From Myxococcales bacterium (lineage in GTDB: Bacteria; Myxococcota_A; UBA9160; SMWR01), in NCBI GenBank assembly GCA_029863845.1, contig JAOTUO010000003.1:1-34357 (forward strand): 34,357 nucleotides of DNA, written 5' to 3'. The first letter of the stretch is position 1. Every line of letters starts with the position of its first letter. Made by a program: the position numbers and the translations under genes. This document shows, piece by piece, positions 17,556 through 25,569 of the stretch. The notes below the pieces were generated by a model. The model had not been told where the DNA came from. It did no database searches and was given only the letters and a program-made list of their open reading frames with translations.

Positions 17556-18655
17556 GGGTCCGCGACGTCGCGCTCGAGATCCTGCAGACGGCGTTTCGGC
17601 TGATTCCGTGGCCCACGGAGCCGGGGCTGCGCCCGGTGGGCGAGCCCGGGCCCTTCAGTCCGGTGCTCGTCACCGGGAACTACGACCTCACCGTGCGGCG
17701 CGTGCTGCGCGCGCTCCGCGGCGTGGACGCGTGGCTCGTGGTGGCCCCGGCGGGCGGCATCAACGTCTGGTGCGCGGCCGCTGGAGGCCACCTCTCGACC
17801 CACCAGGTGGTGACCGCCCTCAAGACCTCGGGCGTCGAGGATCGCGTTCGTCACCGCCGGGCGATCCTCCCGCAGCTCGCCGCCACGGGGGTGGAGGCGC
17901 GCGAGGTGTCGCGGCGCTGCCGGTGGCGGGTGCGCTTCGGGCCCGTCTACGCGAAGGACATTCCCGGCTACCTCGCCGGTGGCGAGCGCAAGACCGACGC
18001 CATGCGTCACGTTCGCTTCGGTCTCGTCGAGCGGCTCGAGATGGCGGCCGCCTGGGCCGCGCCGACAGCGATCGTAACGGGCGCCGTCGGGGCGCTGCTG
18101 CGGCCGTCCTTCGCCCCGCCGCTGGTCGCCCTGTCGCTGCTGCTGGCCGTCGCGCTGTTCTTCGTGTACGACCGGCTGCCCGGGCCCCGGCGTCTGCTCT
18201 TCGGCGGGGCGGCGCTCGCGGTCTCGCTGGCGGCGGTTGCACTCGCCGGGGGCGGCCTCCTGGCGTTCGCGATGGCGGCGGTCGCGGTCGTACTGCTCGT
18301 GGCGGTGCTGACCTTCGACTACCCGGGGACGACGCCCATCGAAGGCGCGAGCTTCTTCGAGCAGCGCCACTGGCGCATCACCCTCGACCGCGAGCGCTGC
18401 AAGGGCGTGTACTCCTGCTGGGAGGTGTGTCCCGAGGCCTGCTACGAGAAGCGCGAGGGGGTCCGCCAGGTCGACCTGGCCCACGACCAGCGCTGCGTTC
18501 GCTGCGGGGCCTGCGTCGTGCAGTGCCCGATGGACGCCCTGTCCTTCGAGGACGAGCAGGGCCGCCGCGTGGAACCGGCGACGATTCGCCGCTACAAGCT
18601 CAATATGATGGGACGTCGCGCGGTGGAGGCGGACGGCGAGCGCCCCCCGGCTTGA
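17552..18655 (+). CDS. Fused HgcAB-like protein: corrinoid-binding domain + ~4 TM helices + ferredoxin dicluster domain
   Basis: SPVLVTGNYDLT, GINVWCAAAGG (cap-helix-like, Cys at 17771-17773), ILPQLAATGV, RFGPVYAKDIPGYL, MRHVRFGLVERLE; four hydrophobic segments; CKGVYSCWEVCP and CVRCGACVVQCP. Confidence 0.88.
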   Translation: MRVRDVALEILQTAFRLIPWPTEPGLRPVGEPGPFSPVLVTGNYDLTVRRVLRALRGVDAWLVVAPAGGINVWCAAAGGHLSTHQVVTALKTSGVEDRVRHRRAILPQLAATGVEAREVSRRCRWRVRFGPVYAKDIPGYLAGGERKTDAMRHVRFGLVERLEMAAAWAAPTAIVTGAVGALLRPSFAPPLVALSLLLAVALFFVYDRLPGPRRLLFGGAALAVSLAAVALAGGGLLAFAMAAVAVVLLVAVLTFDYPGTTPIEGASFFEQRHWRITLDRERCKGVYSCWEVCPEACYEKREGVRQVDLAHDQRCVRCGACVVQCPMDALSFEDEQGRRVEPATIRRYKLNMMGRRAVEADGERPPA

Positions 18656-18701
18656 GCCGGGCGCTCGCCGCACCCCCGCCGCAGCGATCGGGAAAACGGC
18701 C

Positions 18702-20051
18702 GTGAAAGCGCCGCGCCGACAGACGCGGGTGCCCTCGGGACGGCTGGAGCGGCTCCTCCGCATCGGGTGGATGGCCGGCGAGTTCGCCGCCGGCGGCCTG
18801 GCGGCGGGCACCCGGCGGCTGGCCGGGTCGGCACCCGCGAATGCGGCCAGCGTCTTTCTCTCGGGAGCCCGCGGGGCGAGGCTCGCGCGCCGGCTCGCGC
18901 GCATGCGCGGGGCCGCCATGAAGCTGGGACAGCTGCTCTCGCTCGAAGGCGCGGACCTCCTCCCCCCGGAGTTCGCCGATGCCCTGGCCGTCCTGCGAGC
19001 CAGCGCGGACGCGATGCCGGTCTCCCAGGTGCGACGCATCCTGGGCCGCGAGTACGGCACGGGCTGGGAGTCGCGCTTCCGGGAATTCGACTTCGAGCCG
19101 ATCGCCTCGGCTTCGATCGGCCAGGTGCACGCCGCCGTCACCTCCGACGGCCGCGCCCTCGCCCTCAAGGTCCAGTATCCCGGCGTCGCCCGCAGCATCG
19201 ACAGCGACGTGAACAACCTGGCCAGCCTGCTGCGCCTGACGCGGATCGTGCCGGTGGAGCTCGACGTCACGCAGCTCATTCGCGAGGCGAAGCGTCAGCT
19301 CCGCCAGGAGGCCGACTACCGGCTCGAGGCCGAGCACCTGCGCCGATACCGCCGGCTGGTGGCGGACGATCCCGGCGTGAGTGTTCCCCGCGTGCACGAC
19401 GACTACACGACGACGCGGATCCTGGCGATGGACCGCGCCGACGGGCGCCCGATCGAAGACCTGCGCGGCCCGGAGCACCGGCAGAGCCTGAGGGACGACG
19501 CGGGGCTGCGACTGCAGCGGCTCGTGTTCCGCGAGCTCTTCGAGTTCGCCTTCATGCAGACCGACCCGAACTTCGCCAACTACCTCATCGAGCCCGATAC
19601 AAATCGCATCGTGCTGCTGGACTTCGGCTCGGCGCGCGAGTTCCACGCGGAGTTCGTGGAGCGCTACGCCCGGATCTGCCGCGGCATGATCTCGGCGGAT
19701 CTCGAAGAGGTGAGGCGCATCGCCGTCGAGATCGGGTACCTGGCCGGCGACGAGCGGGAGGACCGCGCCCGGGCCGTCGCCGAGCTGATCCTGCTGGTCG
19801 GGGAGCCTCTTCGGCACGAAGGTGTGTATGATTTCGGAGCCTCGGGCCTGGCGGCCCGCGCCCGGGAAGCCGGCTTCGACCTGGCGTTCCGCCGCGGCTT
19901 CCTGCGCGCCCCGCCGCCCGAGACCATCTTCCTGCACCGCAAGCTCGCGGGCACCTTCCTGCTGTGCGCCCGCATCCGCGCGCGCATCGACACGCGCGCC
20001 CTGATCGTCCCCTACCTGGACGCCGTGCTCGGCCCTTCCGGCCGCGCCTGA
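18702..20051 (+). CDS. ABC1/AarF/UbiB (COQ8-like) atypical kinase
   Basis: MRGAAMKLGQLLS (KxGQ), PIASASIGQVH, LKVQYPGVARSIDSD, EADYRLEA, MQTDPNFANY, LLDFG, FLHRKLAG. Confidence 0.93.
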   Translation: MKAPRRQTRVPSGRLERLLRIGWMAGEFAAGGLAAGTRRLAGSAPANAASVFLSGARGARLARRLARMRGAAMKLGQLLSLEGADLLPPEFADALAVLRASADAMPVSQVRRILGREYGTGWESRFREFDFEPIASASIGQVHAAVTSDGRALALKVQYPGVARSIDSDVNNLASLLRLTRIVPVELDVTQLIREAKRQLRQEADYRLEAEHLRRYRRLVADDPGVSVPRVHDDYTTTRILAMDRADGRPIEDLRGPEHRQSLRDDAGLRLQRLVFRELFEFAFMQTDPNFANYLIEPDTNRIVLLDFGSAREFHAEFVERYARICRGMISADLEEVRRIAVEIGYLAGDEREDRARAVAELILLVGEPLRHEGVYDFGASGLAARAREAGFDLAFRRGFLRAPPPETIFLHRKLAGTFLLCARIRARIDTRALIVPYLDAVLGPSGRA

Positions 20052-21080
20052 TCAGTGCCGGTGCCGGTGGTGCAGGTCGGGCCAGTGCGGGTGGGCGTGC
20101 GCGAACGGCGCGTGGCGATGCCGGTGCGTGTGGCGCGTCGAAGCGGGCAGGTCGGAGTGCGCGTGGCCGTGGTGGCCGTCGTCGTGGCGGTGGCTGTGGA
20201 TGTGCACGGCCGCCTCGTGGGTGTGCTCGTGGCCGTGCTGCGAACGAAACAGGAGCAGCACCGAGAGCGCCAGGAGGGCGCCCGCGGCGGCGTGGACGGG
20301 CGCCGGCGTCTCGCCCAGCACCGCGAAGGAGAGCGCCGCTCCGAAGAAGGGCGCGCTCGCGAACAGCCCCTGGGCCCGTGTCGCCCCGAGCTGCTGCGCC
20401 GAGGCGATGTAGAGCGAGATGCTCGCGCCGTAGCAGATCGCTCCCACGGCGAGCGCTGCGCCCGCGGTCGGCCACGACGCCTGGACCGGCGCGAGCGCGG
20501 CGCCGATGCAGAGATTCGTCGTTCCGGCCGCGACCCCCTTGACCAGGGTACTCGTCGCAGGCGTGATGCCGTCGATGAGCGCCGTGAGGTGGTTGTCGAA
20601 GCCCCAGCATACGCAGGCCGCCGCCACGAGCAGGCCGCTGGCGACGCCGGGCCAGCCGGCTTCGCCGGAGAGCAGCGCCCCGGCGGCGACGATGCCCGTC
20701 ACGCCGATCCAGCCCGCGCGGTGGAGCGGCTCCCGGAACACAAAGGCGCCGAGAGCGGCCGTCGCCGCCATCTCGAGGTTCAGGATCAGGGATACCGACG
20801 CAGCGGCCGCCGTGCGGAGCCCCATCAGCAGGAGCACCGGGCCGAGGACGCCGCCGAAGAACACGGCTCCGGCGAGGCGGGCGCGGTTGCGAGCGTCGAG
20901 CCGAACCCGGAGCGCGCGCCGGCGCTCGAGCGCGACGGGCAGCGCCACGCCGAGGGCCGCGCCGAGATAGAGCAGGCCGGCCAGCTGAAACGGCGTGAGA
21001 TCGGCCAGCAGGACCTTGCTCGCCGGCGTGGACGCCCCGAACAGGAGGGCCGAAACCAGGCCCAGCACCAGGCCGTTCAT
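20052..21080 (-). CDS. DMT/EamA family transporter with His-rich C-terminal tail
   Basis: ~10 hydrophobic segments (ALLFGASTPASK, LAGLLYLGA, WGFDNHLT, LGATR...APFFGA). Tail HGHEHTHEAAVHIHSHRHDDGHHGHAH...HAHPHWPDLHHRHRH. Confidence 0.9.
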   Translation of the reverse strand: MNGLVLGLVSALLFGASTPASKVLLADLTPFQLAGLLYLGAALGVALPVALERRRALRVRLDARNRARLAGAVFFGGVLGPVLLLMGLRTAAAASVSLILNLEMAATAALGAFVFREPLHRAGWIGVTGIVAAGALLSGEAGWPGVASGLLVAAACVCWGFDNHLTALIDGITPATSTLVKGVAAGTTNLCIGAALAPVQASWPTAGAALAVGAICYGASISLYIASAQQLGATRAQGLFASAPFFGAALSFAVLGETPAPVHAAAGALLALSVLLLFRSQHGHEHTHEAAVHIHSHRHDDGHHGHAHSDLPASTRHTHRHRHAPFAHAHPHWPDLHHRHRH

Positions 21081-21187
21081 CGCGTTCCCCTCAGGCCTTG
21101 GCCCGTGAATATGCGGTGGCGCTCGCCGTGGCGCACACACGCGGCGGGCACCTCGGGTAGGCTCGCGGAGAGGAGGCTCACGGGACC

Positions 21188-22858
21188 ATGGACGACGACG
21201 TCGCGATTGCGCGCTCCGTCACGCCGCTGCCCATCGGCGACGTGGCGGCCGGGCTCGGTCTGGCTGCGGAAGACCTGCATCTCTACGGGCGCGAGATGGC
21301 CAAGGTCGACCTCTCGGTGCTCGAGCGACCGCGCTCGCGCCCGGGCGAGCCGCGGCTGGTGCTGGTCTCCGCCATCACGCCCACGCCCGCCGGCGAGGGA
21401 AAGACCACGACCAGCATCGGACTCGCCCAGGCCATGGCGAAGCTGGGCGAGTCGGTCTGCCTGGCGCTGCGAGAGCCGTCGCTCGGGCCGTGTATGGGCG
21501 TGAAGGGAGGAGCAACGGGGGGCGGCTACAGCCAGATCGTTCCGGCGGACCGCATCAACCTGCACTTCACCGGGGACTTCCACGCGATCACCTCGGCCCA
21601 CAATCTGCTGGCGGCGCTGCTCGACAACCACCTCTACTTCGGAAACGCGCTGCGCATCGACCCCCGGCGCATCCTCTGGCGGCGCGTGCTCGACATGAAC
21701 GACCGCGCGCTCCGCAACGCGATCGTCGGCCTCGGCGGCGCGAAGGAGGGGGTTCCGCGCGAGACGGGCTTCGACATCACCGCGGCTTCGGAGGTCATGG
21801 CGATGCTGTGCCTGGCGACCGGCGCCGAGGATCTCCGGGCCCGCATCGAGCGCACGCTGCTCGCCTTCACCTACGACGGCGAGCCGGTGACCGCCGAGGC
21901 GCTCTCGGCCACGGGCGCGATGCTCGCCCTCCTGCGCGACGCGCTGCTTCCCAACCTGGTGCAGACGCTGGAGGGAACGCCCGCCCTGGTGCACGGCGGC
22001 CCCTTCGCGAACATCGCTCACGGCTGCAGCAGCGTGCTGGCCACGCGCATGGCGCTGCATCTCGCGGACTGGGCCGTCACCGAGGCCGGCTTCGGGTTCG
22101 ACCTCGGCGCGGAGAAGTTCTTCGACATCAAGTGCCGGAGCGCGGGCCTCGACACGGCTGCGGTCGTGCTCGTGGCCACCGTGCGCGCGCTCAAGCTCCA
22201 CGGGGGCGCCCCGCGGCGCGCGCTCGCCGCGCCCGACGCCGACGCCGTGCGCCGCGGCCTGCCCAATCTGGAGAAGCACGTGGAGAACATCCGTCATTTC
22301 GGCGAGTCGCCGGTGGTCGCGCTCAACCGCTTCGCGGGCGACGAGGAGGCGGAGATCGAGATCGTGCGCCGGCGCTGCGACGAACTGGGGGTTCCCTTCG
22401 CCGTCTCCGACCACCACGCCCGCGGTGGCGAGGGCGCCCTCGACCTCGCGCGGACGCTCTTCGTGCATACCGAGAGGCGCAGCCGTCCCTTCCGGCCCCT
22501 CTACGACTGGAGCGATCCCGTTCCCGAGAAGGTCCTGGCGGTGGCTCGCAGCATGTACGGCGCCGGCGACGTCCACTTCGCGAGGGCGGCGAAGCGCGAC
22601 CTCGAGGACGTCGAGCGCCTGGGCTACGCGGGTCTCCCCGTATGCATCGCCAAGACGCCCAACTCGCTTTCGGACGACCCGAGCCTGCGGGGGCGCCCGG
22701 AGGGCTTCGACCTGACCGTGCGCCGGGTGCTGGTCAACGCCGGGGCCGGGTTCCTCGTGGTGCTGACCGGCGACATCCTGCGCATGCCGGGGCTGCCGCG
22801 CCGGCCGCTGGCGGAGTCGATCGATCTCGACGACGGCGTCGTCGTCGGGCTGCGCTGA
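21188..22858 (+). CDS. fhs: Formate--tetrahydrofolate ligase
   Basis: AITPTPAGEGKTTT, LREPSLGP, KGGATGGGYSQ, INLHFTGDFHAIT, HGGPFANIAHG, TEAGFGFDLGAEKF, CIAKTPNSLSDDP, MPGLP. SD AGGAGG. Confidence 0.97.
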   Translation: MDDDVAIARSVTPLPIGDVAAGLGLAAEDLHLYGREMAKVDLSVLERPRSRPGEPRLVLVSAITPTPAGEGKTTTSIGLAQAMAKLGESVCLALREPSLGPCMGVKGGATGGGYSQIVPADRINLHFTGDFHAITSAHNLLAALLDNHLYFGNALRIDPRRILWRRVLDMNDRALRNAIVGLGGAKEGVPRETGFDITAASEVMAMLCLATGAEDLRARIERTLLAFTYDGEPVTAEALSATGAMLALLRDALLPNLVQTLEGTPALVHGGPFANIAHGCSSVLATRMALHLADWAVTEAGFGFDLGAEKFFDIKCRSAGLDTAAVVLVATVRALKLHGGAPRRALAAPDADAVRRGLPNLEKHVENIRHFGESPVVALNRFAGDEEAEIEIVRRRCDELGVPFAVSDHHARGGEGALDLARTLFVHTERRSRPFRPLYDWSDPVPEKVLAVARSMYGAGDVHFARAAKRDLEDVERLGYAGLPVCIAKTPNSLSDDPSLRGRPEGFDLTVRRVLVNAGAGFLVVLTGDILRMPGLPRRPLAESIDLDDGVVVGLR

Positions 22859-22963
22859 GGCAGCGGACGTGGAAATCCGCCGCTCGGGGGAGAGCGCTGG
22901 CACGCGCGCCGCGGCCTCGCGGCCCGCCCGAAGTCCCTGACCGGATCCCCGCGCCGCGCCGGC

Positions 22964-24154
22964 TCAGCGGCGGTCGGCGCAGCGCGCGGCGGCGCTTCCG
23001 ATCCGCACCATCCGCACGTCGCCGAAGGGCGTCCCCGTTCCGCTGTTCAGCACCATCGCCACGGACAAGTTGCGGTCGGGGTCCGCCCACCCTCCCGACC
23101 CGCCGAAGCCGAAGTGACCGAAGCCGCGGGGCACCTTGACGCGCAGGGTGGGGACGCGGTGGTAGCCGAGTCGCCAGTGCATGGGGAAGGGGATCACGCG
23201 GCCGATGCCCCGGTTCTGCACCTCGGCGGCGCGGCGAAGCGTCGCCCGCGAGATCAGGCGCTGGCCCTGCCACTCGCCCCCGTTGGCGAGGGTGGCGTAG
23301 AGCTTCGCCAGGGATCGCGCCGTGAACATGCCGTTGGCCGACGGGATCGGGACGGCGGCGAAGCCCTCCGAGTTGAAGTCGACCTCGTCCATGCCCCGCG
23401 GAACCATGGCCGAGGCGGCCTCGGACAGGTTGATGGGCAGCCGCGTCAGGCGCAGGGCGCGGTGTAGGGGCAGCCCGATGCGGGCGATCCGCCGCTCCGA
23501 GGGAGCCCAGCGCGAGATCGCCGCAGGGATCAGCTGGGCTCTTCGGTGCATCTGGTCCCCGGGCAGCCCGATGTGGAGCCCGTCGAGCTCGAGCGGCTGC
23601 GCGATCTCGGTCTGCAGCAGCTCGGTGAACGAGCCGCCCGCGACCCGCTGGATCAGCTCGCCCACGAGCCAGCCGAAGGTGAGGGCGTGGTAGCCGTGTG
23701 CCTCTCCCGGCGCGTGGGCGGGAATGCTGTCGGCGAGCGCCTCGACCATGTAGTCCCATTCGAGCATCCGGCGGCCGTGGTCGACGAGGGACCGGATCCC
23801 GTACAGGCCGGCCTCGTGACACAGGATGTGGCGGAGGGTGATCCCTTCCTTCCCGCACTGCGCGAACTCGGGCCAGTGGTTCACGACGGGGTCGTCGTAG
23901 TCGAGCAGACCGCGATCGACCATCAAATGGAGCAGCGTGGAGGTCACGCCCTTCGTCGTGGAGTAGGACAGGGCGAGCGTATCGGGCTCCCAGGGGCGCC
24001 CGGACTCGTCCCGGCTACCGCCCCACAGGTCCACCACCACCTCGCCCCGGTGATAGACGCATACGGCCGCCCCGCCGGGGCGGGAGCGCGGGATCTGCCG
24101 ACCGAGCAGCTTGGCGACAGCCCAGAAGTCCGGGTGCACGTATCCTTGCAGCAT
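22964..24154 (-). CDS. Serine hydrolase, beta-lactamase-related (family VIII esterase-like)
   Basis: VDLWGG, YSTTKG (SxxK), WPEFAQCGK, HGYHALTFG, FGHFGFGGSGGWADP. Confidence 0.9.
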   Translation of the reverse strand: MLQGYVHPDFWAVAKLLGRQIPRSRPGGAAVCVYHRGEVVVDLWGGSRDESGRPWEPDTLALSYSTTKGVTSTLLHLMVDRGLLDYDDPVVNHWPEFAQCGKEGITLRHILCHEAGLYGIRSLVDHGRRMLEWDYMVEALADSIPAHAPGEAHGYHALTFGWLVGELIQRVAGGSFTELLQTEIAQPLELDGLHIGLPGDQMHRRAQLIPAAISRWAPSERRIARIGLPLHRALRLTRLPINLSEAASAMVPRGMDEVDFNSEGFAAVPIPSANGMFTARSLAKLYATLANGGEWQGQRLISRATLRRAAEVQNRGIGRVIPFPMHWRLGYHRVPTLRVKVPRGFGHFGFGGSGGWADPDRNLSVAMVLNSGTGTPFGDVRMVRIGSAAARCADRR

Positions 24155-24241
24155 GGGACGGCCTGGAGTCCCCCCCTTCCCCGCATCGGAGTGTAGCGCC
24201 CACGACGGCGGATCGCGTACCCGCGGCGCGGGCGATCCGGG

Positions 24242-24961
24242 CTAGGAGCCCACCACCTTCTTGCGCGCGGCTCGCAGGACCGGCATGCGCAGGCTCGACC
24301 CCCTGGCGAGCCGACGCAGGTCGTTCGGCGCGACGAAGTCGAGCATCCGGATCGCGAGGGGCACCGGCGTCCGGGGGTTGCGGACCAACGCGAGCGCCAC
24401 CTCCGGCCGCTGCGCCCACTCGCGCCGGTCGACGATCGCCTTCAGGAGGTCCGGCGCCAGCGTCGCCATCCGGGCGATGGTCGCAACCTCGTCGAGCTTG
24501 AGACCCGGGTTCTGGAGGACGTACTGTTGGAGCGAGTGGTTGGTTCCCCGCATGATCTGCATGCGTTCGTCGCGGTTGCCGTGGCGGGCCCGATGGATCA
24601 TCTGGGCGGGGTTGTCCCCCGCCTCGTGCGGACCGGCGCCCGCCGGCGCGGCGTCCGTCGCGATCGAGTGCGCGGCGGTTCCGGCGGGGGCGCCGCCCGC
24701 CGCGCGCGCGGACGCGACGACGGCGGCGAGCTCGGGGTCGTCTGCGGCGAAGGCGATCGCCACGCCGACGCCGGGCACCGTCTGCACGACCTGCCCCGGC
24801 AGGGAGACGCTCGCCTCCGCGGTCGCGATCTCGAGCTCGACCGCCGCGTAGAGCTCCAGGCCCGGCGGCGCTTCGACGCGGACGAGGAACCCGCCCGCGG
24901 CGAACTGCTCGCTGTCGGCGACCAGATCCGCGGGACAGTCGTACCGGACTCGAAAGCGCAC
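24242..24961 (-). CDS. Hypothetical protein: PilZ-like N-terminal barrel + helical repeat C-terminal domain
   Basis: RFRVRY...AGGFLVR...VELEI...GQVVQ..PGVGVAIAF resembles myxobacterial PilZ-like domains. C-terminal VLQNPGL / ALVRNPRTP helical repeats. Confidence 0.6.
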   Translation of the reverse strand: MRFRVRYDCPADLVADSEQFAAGGFLVRVEAPPGLELYAAVELEIATAEASVSLPGQVVQTVPGVGVAIAFAADDPELAAVVASARAAGGAPAGTAAHSIATDAAPAGAGPHEAGDNPAQMIHRARHGNRDERMQIMRGTNHSLQQYVLQNPGLKLDEVATIARMATLAPDLLKAIVDRREWAQRPEVALALVRNPRTPVPLAIRMLDFVAPNDLRRLARGSSLRMPVLRAARKKVVGS

Positions 24962-25309
24962 GGGGACGTCAGGCCTGCGATCCGAGCCGTGGGCGTGGTG
25001 GTAGGGGAGGGCGCTGCCGTGCGAGCCCGTCGCAGATCGCCGAGTGGAGGAACGCGAGATTCCCGGCGAGATACGCTGCCACCGGTCCCACGCTATCTCG
25101 GACCCGATGCGCGTGCACGGAGCGGCGCCCGCGTCGTACCCCCCGAGCCGGAGCGAAGCCGGCTTGGGGTTTCTTGCCCCAGGGTGTCCGGGGTGCGTGG
25201 CGGGCTGTCCCAGGCCGATCCCCGCCGCCGGCGGTCGAGGCGCGCACCCGATCCGCTAACGCCCCGTGGCGCAGCGGCTTTTCGTCGCTTCGGGCGGCCG
25301 TGCCCCAGT

Positions 25310-25326
25310 CTGGCACAGAGCTTGCG
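25310..25326 (+). promoter_or_regulatory. Sigma54 (-24/-12) promoter upstream of the cytochrome cluster
   Basis: CTGGCACAGAGCTTGCG is an exact TGGCAC-N5-TTGC match (GG 25312-13, GC 25324-25), in a 600-bp intergenic region and oriented toward 25570. Confidence 0.85.
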
Positions 25327-25569
25327 ATGCCACCCCGGGGACCCGAGGGTCCGAGCCGACCCATCGGGCGCGTGACCGTCGCTCCGCTGCGACCGGACAC
25401 GAGGGCCTCGAGGTTCTCGGGGCGCTGCTCGTGACGTGGGGCCCGGGGTGCGCGTGCGCGGCTCGAGGGGAGAGACCTGCATCGACCGGGCGCGCTCCCC
25501 CCAGCGCAGCGAGCCTGCGCGCGGCAGCCCATAGTGACAGGGCTCCAGCGTAGCGGGAGGAGACGGTTC

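Noticed and set aside
17552-18655. Calling this gene hgcA or the organism a mercury methylator
   Set aside because: Fused architecture, AAAGG instead of AAGK, and no HgcB Cys tail. Fused homologs are not demonstrated methylators.
21081-21187. ZTP or THF riboswitch upstream of fhs
   Set aside because: No recognisable conserved motifs in this short divergent intergenic region.
21188-22858. Wood-Ljungdahl pathway inferred from fhs plus a corrinoid Fe-S-like protein
   Set aside because: No acsB/cooS, folD, metF or acsE in the window. The corrinoid protein is HgcA-type with TM helices, not AcsC/D.
22897-22912. Sigma54-like CTGGCACGCGCGCCGC
   Set aside because: Lacks the TT before GC and sits between convergent gene ends with no downstream sense gene.
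121-24200. Numerous Arg/Pro/Ala-rich alternative-frame ORFs (e.g. 8777..11356, 9445..11715, 16943..19279)
   Set aside because: No family motifs and they overlap well-supported genes; expected in stop-poor high-GC DNA.
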